In this document: piece after piece, positions 38,811 to 49,518 of the stretch
Layout: every line of letters begins with the position of its first letter
How positions within the stretch are numbered: the stretch's first letter is position 1
From: Salinispira sp.
GTDB lineage: Bacteria; Spirochaetota; Spirochaetia; DSM-27196; Salinispiraceae
Assembly (NCBI GenBank): GCA_965226555.1
Contig: CBDDDG010000001.1
Location: forward strand, 224,001-288,000
Direction of reading: 5' to 3'
DNA: 64,000 nucleotides
Made by a program: the position numbers and the translations under genes
The notes under the pieces: generated by a model
Database searches by the model: none
What the model was told of the DNA's origin: nothing
The model's input: the letters and a program-made list of their open reading frames with translations, nothing else

Positions 38811-39751
38811 ACAGCGCGCTCTTTTTCTGATGCAACTTTTTCAAATTTGGGAATTAAATTATATTTTCTCGGGGGTGGGGGGACGGAAATTCTTTCTACA
38901 GAAAGAGTTATATATTTTCCCTCAATATCGTAGCCAATACATTTTCTATTATTTTTTATTGCTACAAGAGCAGTTTGTCCACTTCCGAGAAATGGATCAA
39001 GAACAGTATCTCCTTCTTGTGAATAAAGAAGAATGAGTCTCCGAACAAGTTCTTCGGGATATGGGCATGGATGAGAAATAGTTTTTGGGGGTACAGGCGC
39101 AATGTGCCATATATTGTTTGCAATATCCCGTGTAAAAAGATCATCAATTAAAATAGCAGGGCGTGTGTCTCTGCGTATTTCTCCTTCTTTTCTAAATATC
39201 AAAATATATTCAGTCATGATATTTGGATAATAATATCCCGAATAAGGGTGCTGAATATAACTCCCAGCTCTCCGAACTCCTCCGGTTACTTTATTCCATA
39301 TAATATCTTGATGAAATTCCCATCCAATTTTCTGTAATTTCTCAGTTATTGCCATTGGTGTAGGATAATGTTTTCCTTTATACAATATGGTTCCAACTAC
39401 AATGGCGCAAAACCCACCGTTTGTTGTTACGCGTAACACTTCCTTGAAAATTTTTCCTATAGTATCAATATACTCTTTGTATGTTTCTCCCAAGTTAGTG
39501 TAATTCCTTTCTCTGTGCCATGCACTTTCGTTTGCTGCATGAATATCATAATCAATCGAATTCCAATATGGCGGAGATGTAATAGTAAGTGGTATTTCAT
39601 TATCTGCAAGTTGAGGCATTTTCATACATGATTTATTGTAAAAACAGTATCCATCCCCTTCTTCAATACCTTTCCTTTTCTTCGTTTTTACGATTGCCTT
39701 TCCACTTTCCTTTTGTTTATTATCAGAAATCTGCATACACATATCCTCCAT
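38807..39751 (-). CDS. Beta-class N4-cytosine/N6-adenine DNA methyltransferase
   Basis: TSPPY, HPCPYP, LDPFLGSG. Confidence 0.9.
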   Translation of the reverse strand: MEDMCMQISDNKQKESGKAIVKTKKRKGIEEGDGYCFYNKSCMKMPQLADNEIPLTITSPPYWNSIDYDIHAANESAWHRERNYTNLGETYKEYIDTIGKIFKEVLRVTTNGGFCAIVVGTILYKGKHYPTPMAITEKLQKIGWEFHQDIIWNKVTGGVRRAGSYIQHPYSGYYYPNIMTEYILIFRKEGEIRRDTRPAILIDDLFTRDIANNIWHIAPVPPKTISHPCPYPEELVRRLILLYSQEGDTVLDPFLGSGQTALVAIKNNRKCIGYDIEGKYITLSVERISVPPPPRKYNLIPKFEKVASEKERAV

Positions 39752-39771
39752 ACAGAATTATAGTATAAAGT
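39698..39771. repeat. 74-bp direct repeat, copy 2
   Basis: Identical to 38331-38404. Confidence 0.95.
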
Positions 39772-39854
39772 GTAATCAATAATCTTACAAAGCGTCACCT
39801 ATGTATGAGAATTTTGCAAAAGTGAGCATTTTGCAAAACTTTGTTCTATTTTCA

Positions 39855-39883
39855 TTGACATTTCTAAATTGGCAGTATTTAAT
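39855..39883 (+). promoter_or_regulatory. Putative sigma70 promoter of the ABC operon
   Basis: TTGACA-17 bp-TTTAAT. Confidence 0.5.
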
Positions 39884-39943
39884 ACATCTGTGGAATTTTT
39901 GTTTTCCAAAAATTTCCAGTAATTACACTCTTAGGAGGAACCT

Positions 39944-41209
39944 ATGAAAAAGGTTTTAGTTATATTCATCGTATGTTTACTTGCAATGCCGCTCTTTGCC
40001 GGTGGAGGAAATGAGCAGTCAGACCAGGTGAGCATCACCATTGAAAGTTGGCGGAACGATGACCTCGCAATTTGGCAGGATATTATTATCCCTGCCTTTA
40101 ATCAAAAGTATCCCGACATTGAGGTTCTCTTTCAGCCATTGCCGCCAGCCGAGTACAATGCTGCCCTCAATGCCAAACTGGAGGGCGGAACCGCAGGCGA
40201 CTTGATCACTGCGCGGCCATTTGACGCATCGCTTGCTCTCTATGACGAAGGATATCTGGCAGACATCACGGATCTCTCCGGCATGGAAAATTTTTCTGCC
40301 GTGGCGAGAAGCGCATGGACCACCGATGACGGTTCAGTTACCTTTGCCGTACCAATGGCATCGGTAATTCATGGATTTATCTACAACAAAGATATATTCG
40401 ATGAACTGAATCTTGAGGATCCCGAAACTGTTGATGAATTCTTTGCCGTCCTTGATACCATTAAGGCAGATGGGCGATACGCTCCGCTTGCCATGGGAAC
40501 TTCCGATTTATGGGAAGCGGCAACTATGGGATTCCAGAATATCGGGCCAAACTACTGGAACGGCGAAGACGGACGCAGAGGTCTCATCGATGGGAGCGAA
40601 AAACTCAGCGAATCGCAATATGTCGCGGTATGGGAACAGCTTGCGAAATGGGGCGAGTACCTGCCTTCCGGATTTGAAGCCCAAAGCTATCCCGATAGTC
40701 AGAACCTATTCACACTCGGCAGAGCTGCAATTTATCCATCCGGCTCATGGGAAATTTTCCTGTTCAATAGCCAGGCCGACTTTGAAATGGGCGCCTTTCC
40801 CCCGCCGCTGCCCTCTGGACAGAACACACTGTATATCAGTGACCACGCCGATATTGCGATGGCAATGAATGCCGATACCGATTATCCGGATGAAGCGCGA
40901 ACCTTCTTGGAATGGATGACAACAGCAGAATTTGCTGAACTCTACAGTAATGCTCTTCCCGGATTTTTCAGCCTTGCCGATGTATCAATCTCACTTGATG
41001 ATCCGCTTGCGGAAGAATTTATTGGCTGGCGCGGCATTGGCGAAAGCACTATCCGTAATAGTTACCAGATTCTGAGCCGCGGCACTCCGAACCTTGAGAA
41101 TGACCTTTGGGTTCTGTCTGCTCAGGTCATTAACGGCGACATTAGTCCGCAGGAAGCAGCCGACAGCGCTCAGGATGGGCTTGCGCGCTGGTACGCTCCG
41201 CAGCAATAA
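39944..41209 (+). CDS. Carbohydrate ABC transporter substrate-binding protein
   Basis: Spirochaete-type LFAGGGNE signal; YNKDIF, family 1 SBP pattern. Confidence 0.9.
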   Translation: MKKVLVIFIVCLLAMPLFAGGGNEQSDQVSITIESWRNDDLAIWQDIIIPAFNQKYPDIEVLFQPLPPAEYNAALNAKLEGGTAGDLITARPFDASLALYDEGYLADITDLSGMENFSAVARSAWTTDDGSVTFAVPMASVIHGFIYNKDIFDELNLEDPETVDEFFAVLDTIKADGRYAPLAMGTSDLWEAATMGFQNIGPNYWNGEDGRRGLIDGSEKLSESQYVAVWEQLAKWGEYLPSGFEAQSYPDSQNLFTLGRAAIYPSGSWEIFLFNSQADFEMGAFPPPLPSGQNTLYISDHADIAMAMNADTDYPDEARTFLEWMTTAEFAELYSNALPGFFSLADVSISLDDPLAEEFIGWRGIGESTIRNSYQILSRGTPNLENDLWVLSAQVINGDISPQEAADSAQDGLARWYAPQQ

Positions 41210-41328
41210 TATCTTCTATGTGCTATGCCGCAGACGGTAAGACGCAGAGCGCAAAAATTGCTCGCGCATATCGGATGCGGCTTGGCACCTTTTACTATGA
41301 AGCAGCATAAGCAACATAAAGGGGTAGT

Positions 41329-42255
41329 ATGAATATGAAAATGAGAAAAACGCAATTTCGACCGTATATTGTTGTTTTTATGCTGCCTGCTCTTGTTGTT
41401 TACACTGTTTTTCTGATTTACCCCCTAATCGGATCGCTCGGTCTGAGTTTTTTCGCTGAATTGCCCGGCGGCGAACGGAGTTTTGTCGGACTTGAAAACT
41501 TTCGGCGTCTTTTGGGAGATGATCAATGGTCATCCGGTTTCTGGAATGCTTTTCGGAACAATTTTCTCTTCTTTCTTATTCATCTGGCAGTTCAAAACCC
41601 CGTTGGGCTCATACTCGCATCTCTGCTCGCAACCCCGAACCTCGCCGGACGGAATACCTACCGCGCCATACTTTTCATGCCGACAATGCTGTCGGTAGTC
41701 GTTGTCGGATTTATCTGGCAGCTGATTCTTTCTCCCATCTGGGGAGTTACTGAAGGTTTTCTCAGCAGAATTGGTCTTCAGAATCTCTTTGCTCCGTATC
41801 TTGGTCTCCGTTCAACTGCGCTGGCTACTCTTTCGCTCATTTCAACCTGGCAATTTTACGGCATTCCGATGATGCTTTTTTACATTGCCCTCATTTCCAT
41901 TCCCCGGGAATTGTTAGAAAGCGCGCGTGTTGACGGCGCGGGACAGTGGAAAGTTTTCTGGAAGATCAAATTTCCGCTTATACTGCCGGTATTCGGTATT
42001 ACCGCCATCCTTACCTTTGTGGGTAACTTCAATGCCTTTGATCTTATCTACACTACTCAGGGTGTCCTCGCCGGGCCGGATTATAGTACCGATATACTTG
42101 GAACATTCTTTTTTCGAACCTTCTTCGGACAGCAATTGCAGCTTGGTAACCCGGTCATGGGCGCAACTGTCGCGGCAATGATGTTTTTGACAGTACTGTC
42201 CGGTGTTCTTATCTACATGTTCTGGAGGAGACGTATAAAAACCTATGAATTCTAA
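41329..42255 (+). CDS. Carbohydrate ABC transporter permease
   Basis: FVGLENF, EAA loop ESARVDGA. Confidence 0.92.
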   Translation: MNMKMRKTQFRPYIVVFMLPALVVYTVFLIYPLIGSLGLSFFAELPGGERSFVGLENFRRLLGDDQWSSGFWNAFRNNFLFFLIHLAVQNPVGLILASLLATPNLAGRNTYRAILFMPTMLSVVVVGFIWQLILSPIWGVTEGFLSRIGLQNLFAPYLGLRSTALATLSLISTWQFYGIPMMLFYIALISIPRELLESARVDGAGQWKVFWKIKFPLILPVFGITAILTFVGNFNAFDLIYTTQGVLAGPDYSTDILGTFFFRTFFGQQLQLGNPVMGATVAAMMFLTVLSGVLIYMFWRRRIKTYEF

Positions 42256-43198
42256 GATGCAGCCGGTTCCAAAACTTCAGTCGCATACAAGCAGCCATTA
42301 CCGCGGGCAGAGCGGGGGGCTGCCGGGAGCGGCGGGCGCGCAACGCAAGCAGAGCGGGAGCACGGCAGGCCTTGCGCGGAAACTTCGCAAGATTCTGGTG
42401 CATATTGTGCTTCTGCCGGCTATTATTGTTGCAAGTTTTCCTATTCTCCTCGTTTTTATTAACAGTTTAAAGACACGGGAGGCAATTTTCAGTTCTCCGC
42501 TGAGTCTTCCTGCCGTAGAAACCTTCAGCATTAAGGGTTTTGAAATTGTTGTACAGCGCTCAAACTTCTTACTCTACTACCTTAACAGTACACTCGTTAC
42601 CGTTACTTCCATTTTTCTCATTTTGCTCTTTGGCGCAATGGCAGCCTGGGCACTCAGTGAATATCGTTTCCGCGCAAACCGCTCTCTCGGCCTTTATCTC
42701 ACGATCGGCATTATGATCCCCATCCGCATCGGTACTGTTGCCATTCTTCGTTTGATGGTTTCTCTCGGATTAGTAAATACCCTCCTCTCCCTCATTCTTG
42801 TGTATATAGCTCAGGGATTAGCCCTCACTGTTTTTGTTCTTCATCAATTCATGTCGCAGATACCGCCATCAATAAAAGATGCCGCGCGCATTGACGGCGC
42901 ATCGGAATATGGGATTTTTGCCCTCATTCTTCCCATGGTACGTCCTGCTCTGGCAACGGTGGCAATTTTCACTCTCATACCTGTTTGGAACGATTTATGG
43001 TTTCCGCTTATTCTGGCTCCCAGCAATAAAACAAAAACAGTTATTCTCGGCGCGCAGGAATTTATGGGTCAGTTTATAACAGATTGGAATAGTGTACTCG
43101 CCTCACTCTCTCTTGCGATAATCCCTGTTCTCATAATTTATGTTATATTTTCCCGACAATTACTTGAGGGACTTACGGCAGGAGCATTAAAGCAATAA
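42245..43198 (+). CDS. Carbohydrate ABC transporter permease
   Basis: DAARIDGASE, WNDLWFPL, GLTAGALK. Confidence 0.92.
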   Translation: MNSKMQPVPKLQSHTSSHYRGQSGGLPGAAGAQRKQSGSTAGLARKLRKILVHIVLLPAIIVASFPILLVFINSLKTREAIFSSPLSLPAVETFSIKGFEIVVQRSNFLLYYLNSTLVTVTSIFLILLFGAMAAWALSEYRFRANRSLGLYLTIGIMIPIRIGTVAILRLMVSLGLVNTLLSLILVYIAQGLALTVFVLHQFMSQIPPSIKDAARIDGASEYGIFALILPMVRPALATVAIFTLIPVWNDLWFPLILAPSNKTKTVILGAQEFMGQFITDWNSVLASLSLAIIPVLIIYVIFSRQLLEGLTAGALKQ

Positions 43199-43199
43199 T

Positions 43200-44312
43200 A
43201 TGAAAATTGGCATTGTCGGCGCCGGATTTATGGGAAGGACTCACGCGACTGCCTGGCGTTCCTGCGGCTGTGAGATTGCGGGGGTGGCCGATCGATATTC
43301 AGCTCAGTATCTTGCTGATGAATTCGGCGGAAAAATTTTTGATTCAGTTGAAGAACTCTCGGCAGCAGTAGACCTTGTTGATATTTGCAGTCCGACTTAT
43401 CTACATTATGATCATATTTTGTCGGCCATTACCGGTTCTCCGCGCGCGATATTCTGCGAAAAACCGCTGGCGCGCTCCCTGAAAGACGCAGAGGAAGCTG
43501 TGGCAGCATGTCGGCAAGCCAGTATTCCGCTTGGTGTCGGGCATGTGCTCCGCTATTTTCCCGAATACCGGCGGGCGCAGGCATGTGTTGAGCAAGGTGA
43601 ATTGGGATCGCTCGGGGTGCTTCGCTTCAGCCGCGGAACCTTTGTGCCCCGCAAAAATTGGTTTCACAACCGTGATAAATCCGGCGGCGTTATTCTCGAT
43701 TTGATGATCCATGACATTGATTTCAGCAGGGTACTGGCTGGTGAAGTTACGCGTGTTTTTGCGCGGATCGATGCCCCGCCTTCCGAAACAAAGGGCGGAA
43801 TTCCGATGGAATCCGCATACATCTTTCTGAATCATCGAAACGGCGCAATTTCGCACATTGAAGGCAGTTGGCATTACCCGCAACCAGAGTTTCACAGCTC
43901 TTTTGAAATTGCGGGAAGCCGCGCTCTTCTCTGCTGTAATTCAGACCGCAGCAATCCGCTCTCCCTTCATCTGACACACAACCCAAAGAGAGAACCAGCA
44001 GGAGAAACCGCGGAAAACAGCAAAGCGGAGTCGGCAGTTCCAGCAGTAGCTCCAGCGGCGAACCTGGTTCCCGTTGCGGCAAGCCCCCTTGCAGACGACC
44101 CCTACGCGTTGGAACTGCAGGCATTCAAGGAAGCGGTACTCAGAGGTGAAGACCCTCCGGTGAACGGTGAGGATGGAACACAGACATTGCGCATTGCTCT
44201 GGCTGCCCTCGACTCAGCGGTCTCCGGGCTGCCTGTCACCATTAATGCGGGAACCGGAAAGCATCATAACTCCCACCGAAATACTGAAGGAGGAGCACAT
44301 CATGAGCGCTAA
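43200..44312 (+). CDS. Gfo/Idh/MocA oxidoreductase
   Basis: GAGFMG, CEKP, GGVILDLMIHDID. Confidence 0.9.
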   Translation: MKIGIVGAGFMGRTHATAWRSCGCEIAGVADRYSAQYLADEFGGKIFDSVEELSAAVDLVDICSPTYLHYDHILSAITGSPRAIFCEKPLARSLKDAEEAVAACRQASIPLGVGHVLRYFPEYRRAQACVEQGELGSLGVLRFSRGTFVPRKNWFHNRDKSGGVILDLMIHDIDFSRVLAGEVTRVFARIDAPPSETKGGIPMESAYIFLNHRNGAISHIEGSWHYPQPEFHSSFEIAGSRALLCCNSDRSNPLSLHLTHNPKREPAGETAENSKAESAVPAVAPAANLVPVAASPLADDPYALELQAFKEAVLRGEDPPVNGEDGTQTLRIALAALDSAVSGLPVTINAGTGKHHNSHRNTEGGAHHER

Positions 44313-45348
44313 TACCCTGCGTGTGGCAGTTATAAGTTTCGCGCACCTGCACAGTGAGGCCTACATTGCAAACCTCCGCGCGAATGCCGATGTAACCTTT
44401 GTCGGTGTACTGGAACTCAACCCCGCCCTCCGCCGACACGCTCCCGCTGCCCCCAACGGCAACCCCGCTGCCCCCAACGGCAACCGCGTGCCCATATTCA
44501 CCACCTACGATGAACTATTTTCCGAAAACATTGACGCCGCCATTGTATGCAGCGAGAACATCCGCCACCCCGAAGACATCGACCTCCTCGCATCGCGCGG
44601 CATCCACCTGCTCTGCGAAAAACCGCTGGCCGTCCGCGCTGCCGCTGCCGCAAACATGGTCGAATGCTGCCGAAGGGCCGGGGTAATCCTCATGACTGCC
44701 TTCCCCATGCGCTTCAGCGCGCCGCTGCAAACAGCCCGCCGACAACTACAGGCGGGAAACTACGGCAAACTTAGCAGCGCCATCGGGGTAAATCAGGGAC
44801 AGCTTCCAAAGCGGCACCGTTCGTGGTTTGTCGACCCCGAGCTGGCCGGAGGCGGAGCGATCATCGACCATACTGCTCATCTCGCAGACATTATGCGATG
44901 GTACACCGGAGCCGAAGTTGAAACCGTGTATGCAATCGCAAACCACATTCTACATGATGAGCCGGTGGAAACCGGCGGACTTGTCAGCCTTCATTTCAGC
45001 AACGGAGTCGATCTATCCATAGATTGCAGCTGGTCACGTCCCGATAATTATCCGACATGGGGCGGTCTGTCACTTCGCCTCATTACCGACCGCGGCGCTG
45101 TTGATATTGATGCCTTCATCCAGAATAACGAGATTTTCGGTCTTCCCGATCAGCATACCCGCTGGGACTACTGGGGCGCCGACGCGAACCAGAGCATGAT
45201 CAACGAGTTTGTATCGGCAGTACGAAAGGCTCGGAAGCCCGCCGTCAGCGGCATCGATGGACTTCGGGCAGTCGAAATATGCGATGCCGCCTACCGCAGT
45301 ATCGAAACCGGCGACATCGCGCAGGTCGAACATCACCCAAGACCATAA
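44302..45348 (+). CDS. Gfo/Idh/MocA oxidoreductase
   Basis: SD AAGGAGG, CEKP, GGGAIIDHTAH; 21-bp duplication PAAPNGN x2. Confidence 0.9.
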   Translation: MSANTLRVAVISFAHLHSEAYIANLRANADVTFVGVLELNPALRRHAPAAPNGNPAAPNGNRVPIFTTYDELFSENIDAAIVCSENIRHPEDIDLLASRGIHLLCEKPLAVRAAAAANMVECCRRAGVILMTAFPMRFSAPLQTARRQLQAGNYGKLSSAIGVNQGQLPKRHRSWFVDPELAGGGAIIDHTAHLADIMRWYTGAEVETVYAIANHILHDEPVETGGLVSLHFSNGVDLSIDCSWSRPDNYPTWGGLSLRLITDRGAVDIDAFIQNNEIFGLPDQHTRWDYWGADANQSMINEFVSAVRKARKPAVSGIDGLRAVEICDAAYRSIETGDIAQVEHHPRP

Positions 45349-45410
45349 TGCACATGAATAGGATAGACATTTCCCAACAATCCTCATAACATCAGCGGAC
45401 GGAAGGTATA

Positions 45411-46430
45411 GTGATACAAGCAGATATCATCATTTACAAGACCGCTGATGGCACGTCATCAGTGGCATTGTATGCACAGCATGGTCAAATTTGGCTTAAC
45501 CAAAAACAGCTGGCAGAACTTTTTGCCACCTCTCGATCAAATATCACCATGCACATAGCTAATATACTACAAGAAAAAGAGTTAGAAGAAAAATCAGTAT
45601 GTAAGGATTTCTTACATACTGCCGAGGATGGCAAAAAATATTCAACGTATTTTTACAATCTGCCAATGATATTGGCGGTGGGTTTTCGGGTAAGTGGTGT
45701 ACGCGGCACCCAATTTCGCCAATGGGCTAATCGTCATTTACATAAATATATGGTCAAGGGTTTTGTGATGGATGATGAACGCCTGAAAAACCCCGATGGC
45801 CGTCCTGATTATTTTGATGAGATGTTGGCGCGTATTCGTGATATTCGCGCTTCGGAAAAACGTTTTTATCAAAAAGTCCGTGATTTATTTGCGCTGTCCA
45901 GCGATTACGACACAACGGACAAAGCCACTCAGATGTTTTTTGCCGAAGTGCAGAACACATTGCTCTATGCCGTCACACACAAAACCGCAGCGGAATTAAT
46001 TGTCAACCGAGCCGACAGCGAGGCAGAGAATATGGGGCTAACTGCATGGAAAGGCGCTATCGTGCGCAAGCAGGATATTTATACGGCGAAGAATTACCTC
46101 AATCACGATGAAATAGACACCCTTAATCGCTTGGTGGTCATCTTTTTGGAAACTGCTGAACTGAGGGCGAAAAACAGAATAGATACTACCATGGAATTTT
46201 GGCGACAAAATGCCGACCGGATTATTGAAAATAACGATTTTCAACTATTGCACGGCAAAGGACACATCAGCCATACGCACATGGAGAAACGTGCGCTGGG
46301 CGAATATGAAAAATTTGATAAAAGACGCAAAACCTTTGATGCGCAGCAGGCGGATAAATACGATGAAGATGAATTAAAAAAGCTGGAAGCCAAAATTAAA
46401 AACAGGGTAGGGATCCGCTCAAAGGTTTAA
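45411..46430 (+). CDS. RhuM-family (virulence RhuM) protein
   Basis: IWLNQKQLAELF, YNLPMILAVGFRV, GTQFRQWA, RIRDIRASEKRFYQKV. Confidence 0.9.
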   Translation: MIQADIIIYKTADGTSSVALYAQHGQIWLNQKQLAELFATSRSNITMHIANILQEKELEEKSVCKDFLHTAEDGKKYSTYFYNLPMILAVGFRVSGVRGTQFRQWANRHLHKYMVKGFVMDDERLKNPDGRPDYFDEMLARIRDIRASEKRFYQKVRDLFALSSDYDTTDKATQMFFAEVQNTLLYAVTHKTAAELIVNRADSEAENMGLTAWKGAIVRKQDIYTAKNYLNHDEIDTLNRLVVIFLETAELRAKNRIDTTMEFWRQNADRIIENNDFQLLHGKGHISHTHMEKRALGEYEKFDKRRKTFDAQQADKYDEDELKKLEAKIKNRVGIRSKV

Positions 46431-46493
46431 ATTCCACCCCTGTTCTCGCTCATTCATGGACACAACACCTCCGCCATGTTACAATAGCCCTTT

Positions 46494-47135
46494 ATGGCAT
46501 CTGATAATCCATTATCCAATAATGCGCCTCATTCGTCATCCGCCAGTCTTGCCGGAAAATTTCTCATTTCCGAATCCGATCTGCAGGATCCAAACTTTCA
46601 GTTCACCGTAATACTCATGATCTACCACGACAGCGACGGCGCGCTGGGCTTTGTGATCAACCGGCCATCCACATCCGGCATGGGCGACATTTTTCCCCAA
46701 TTTGAAAACCATCCCGCTTCCCGCATTCCAATATTTATAGGAGGTCCTCTTCGGCAGGAATACCTCTTCCTTATTCAGAAAGGATTGGACGCGAACGCGT
46801 TCCCTGCGGGCGCGCTCCCCGGGGGTTCGGTCGAAATAACGGGCAATATCTATTTTGTGCCGAATGTGCAGCCGGTTCTTGACTACCTTCACGATTCATG
46901 GCCACACCTGCCATATGATGAACGCCCCGAACTGCGTTTCTTTGCCGGGTACTCCGGGTGGGATTCCGGTCAGGTGGAAATGGAATTGGCTTCGGAATCT
47001 TGGGTCACTCATGAGGCAAGTTCCGAAATTATCTTTAATCCCAATCCTGAAAATGCTTGGAGAAAAGCCCTTCAGAAAAAGGGCGGTCTCTATTGGATAA
47101 TGGGAGAAACCGGATCAAAACCTTCCATGAACTGA
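46494..47135 (+). CDS. YqgE/AlgH family protein
   Basis: DPNFQFTV, GALGFVINRP, GGP, FAGYSGW..GQ. Confidence 0.9.
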   Translation: MASDNPLSNNAPHSSSASLAGKFLISESDLQDPNFQFTVILMIYHDSDGALGFVINRPSTSGMGDIFPQFENHPASRIPIFIGGPLRQEYLFLIQKGLDANAFPAGALPGGSVEITGNIYFVPNVQPVLDYLHDSWPHLPYDERPELRFFAGYSGWDSGQVEMELASESWVTHEASSEIIFNPNPENAWRKALQKKGGLYWIMGETGSKPSMN

Positions 47136-47136
47136 G

Positions 47137-48180
47137 ATGAGCCGCATAGTATCAACAACAATTACTGCACCAGAAGCAGGAAAGTATCTTATCAATTTCC
47201 TCAGTGAACGTTTCACCTATCTTAGCCGTGAAGTGTGGAAAGAAGAAATTATTCGGGGGAACATTCTCCTCAACAACACCCCCGCCATCTCCCACAATGA
47301 ACTCCGCCGCGGCGACACCGTCACCTACCGCCCCGAGCAATTCGAAGAACCACCGGTTCCTCTGGGCTACCGCATAATCCACCGTGAAAAAGACTTCATT
47401 GTCATTAATAAACCCCCGGGGCTTCCCTGCCACCCGGGCGGGCGATATCGATCAAACACCCTGTGGAACCTCCTTCTGCCGGAATTCCCCGAGCTTCATT
47501 TTATGAACCGTCTCGATCGGGAAACAAGCGGCATAATTGTTGCGGCGCTCACAAAGAGGGGGCAGCAGGTATTCAGAAAAACCGAACAGCTTACGAAGGA
47601 CTATCTTGTTGTTGTACACGGTTCCTTTCCCGAGGTTCTCGATGCCTCCGGCTGGATATCGCAGGACAGGAACAGCAAGATTCGCAAGAAACAACGCTTC
47701 AGCTCCTCCTATCCCGATAACATACCCGCCAAAGATTCCCGCACCATTCTCACAGCCCTTACGCGGAACAAAACCTTCACCCTGCTGAAAGCATGCATAA
47801 AAACCGGACGAACCCATCAGATTCGCGCAACACTCTCCTGCCTCGGATACCCGGTTGCAGGCGATAAACTCTATGGACTGGATGAGGGGCTCTTTCTCCG
47901 CCTTGCCAACGGTTCTTTCAGTCAGGATGATGCGCAGAGCCTCCCCATCGGCCATCAGGCAATTCACAGCGCGCACCTTTCCTTTCCCGGGCCGGACAAT
48001 TCCTCCTCCACAGGTACACATGCACGGCACATATATGCCGAATTGCCGGAAGCATTTGCCGCCTTCGTCGGTGAAAATTTCAGCATTGATCTTTCGACCG
48101 GCGCAGATATTGCCGAACTTTTCCGGCAGCAATGCCAGCCGTTACCGCCAAGGCCGCCGGCAGAAGGACTGAATAGGTGA
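47137..48180 (+). CDS. RluA-family pseudouridine synthase
   Basis: NKPPG, NRLDRETSG, TGRTHQIR, GDKLYG. Confidence 0.92.
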   Translation: MSRIVSTTITAPEAGKYLINFLSERFTYLSREVWKEEIIRGNILLNNTPAISHNELRRGDTVTYRPEQFEEPPVPLGYRIIHREKDFIVINKPPGLPCHPGGRYRSNTLWNLLLPEFPELHFMNRLDRETSGIIVAALTKRGQQVFRKTEQLTKDYLVVVHGSFPEVLDASGWISQDRNSKIRKKQRFSSSYPDNIPAKDSRTILTALTRNKTFTLLKACIKTGRTHQIRATLSCLGYPVAGDKLYGLDEGLFLRLANGSFSQDDAQSLPIGHQAIHSAHLSFPGPDNSSSTGTHARHIYAELPEAFAAFVGENFSIDLSTGADIAELFRQQCQPLPPRPPAEGLNR

Positions 48181-48187
48181 AGTTTCT

Positions 48188-48793
48188 ATGAGTGTAAAAG
48201 ATTACGGAATTGAAATATCAGAACTCCATCTCATATCATCAATGCTCATTGAGTACCAGCACGAAAGCATCCCGCCGGATTACTGGCATGGATATTTCAG
48301 CGCAATCGCCGCCAGCCCAATTATTCTCCCCGAACAATCATGGATGAATGTAGTATGCAATAACATATCAGCAGAATCCATAAGCGATCTCAAAGACCTC
48401 CTGCGGAATCTTCTTCAGGGCATCACCGGAGTTCTTCACGAACGAACATTTGCTCCCTACTTCCCGGGCGATGCGAATAGTTGGAAAACCTGCGACCCCT
48501 CACGCTGGTGCGAGGGCTTCCTCACCGCCAGCAATTTGTGGCCGGAGAAGCTTCAGCAAAAGGCAGGTGAAGAACTCACCATGCTCACCCTGCCCATTAT
48601 CGTGTTTCATGATCCCGAGCACTATTTTATTCATCAATCTCCCATCCACGGCGAGGCGGAATGGGAAAAATTTATGGAGCAGACCTTTCATTTTTTGGTC
48701 CCCGGGCTGTATGAACTCATTGATCTCTGGCCGGAAATAATAGATAATGATGATTTTGATGATGGCGAGAATGAGAATGATGAACAAATTTGA
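48188..48793 (+). CDS. UPF0149/YecA family protein
   Basis: HGYFSAI..SP..LP..W and WCEGF motifs. Confidence 0.7.
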   Translation: MSVKDYGIEISELHLISSMLIEYQHESIPPDYWHGYFSAIAASPIILPEQSWMNVVCNNISAESISDLKDLLRNLLQGITGVLHERTFAPYFPGDANSWKTCDPSRWCEGFLTASNLWPEKLQQKAGEELTMLTLPIIVFHDPEHYFIHQSPIHGEAEWEKFMEQTFHFLVPGLYELIDLWPEIIDNDDFDDGENENDEQI

Positions 48794-48835
48794 CTTTTTA
48801 ATAAAAAAAAGCGACAATAATAGTAGAGGTTGTAT

Positions 48836-49477
48836 ATGAAGAAAATAATAGGTATTATGCTGTATCTATTCATATTAAGCGCCCTTTTTGCAGACGGTAG
48901 TAGTGATCAGACTGCAAATAGTCTGGATTTTTCTCAATTTGATTGGATCAACGCTGATGCTGAAACCGCATCAAGCTTTCTTAATACTACCAATATCAAT
49001 GCCCATGATGAGAATGGTTTCACTTACTTAGTTTATGCGTCTGCATATAGCAAACCTGAGGTTGTTTCTGCATTTCTTGCGAGTGGCGCCGATATAAACC
49101 AGCAATCAATGAATGGTTGGACACCACTAGCAATTGCTATTCAATATGATAACAGGGACGTTTATCATGAACTTATTGAAATGGACGCTCAGGTTTTTTA
49201 TTCTCAGTCGATACATGATGCAACACCAAGCATAACCCCTTTAGCAGTAGCGGTTAATAAAAAAAATTCAGATGCAACAGAACTGTTACTTACTACATGG
49301 CTTGGGAATGGCACCTCAAATTTTGAATACCTGAACGAAGATAATATACAAAATATAAATCTGGAACTCCTGCCAATTGGGGTGTCGGTTAAATTTAAAG
49401 AATCCATTTCTATTGCCGATTTTACAACCAACATTACCAATGCTCTCAAAGAGACAGACGCTCTCACGAATCCATGA
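48836..49477 (+). CDS. Secreted ankyrin-repeat protein
   Basis: Signal peptide; GADINQQSMNGWTPL and TPLAVAV. Confidence 0.75.
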   Translation: MKKIIGIMLYLFILSALFADGSSDQTANSLDFSQFDWINADAETASSFLNTTNINAHDENGFTYLVYASAYSKPEVVSAFLASGADINQQSMNGWTPLAIAIQYDNRDVYHELIEMDAQVFYSQSIHDATPSITPLAVAVNKKNSDATELLLTTWLGNGTSNFEYLNEDNIQNINLELLPIGVSVKFKESISIADFTTNITNALKETDALTNP

Positions 49478-49518
49478 GAAAGTTTTGCTTGCAAAAATTT
49501 CATGATTGGATAGCTTGC

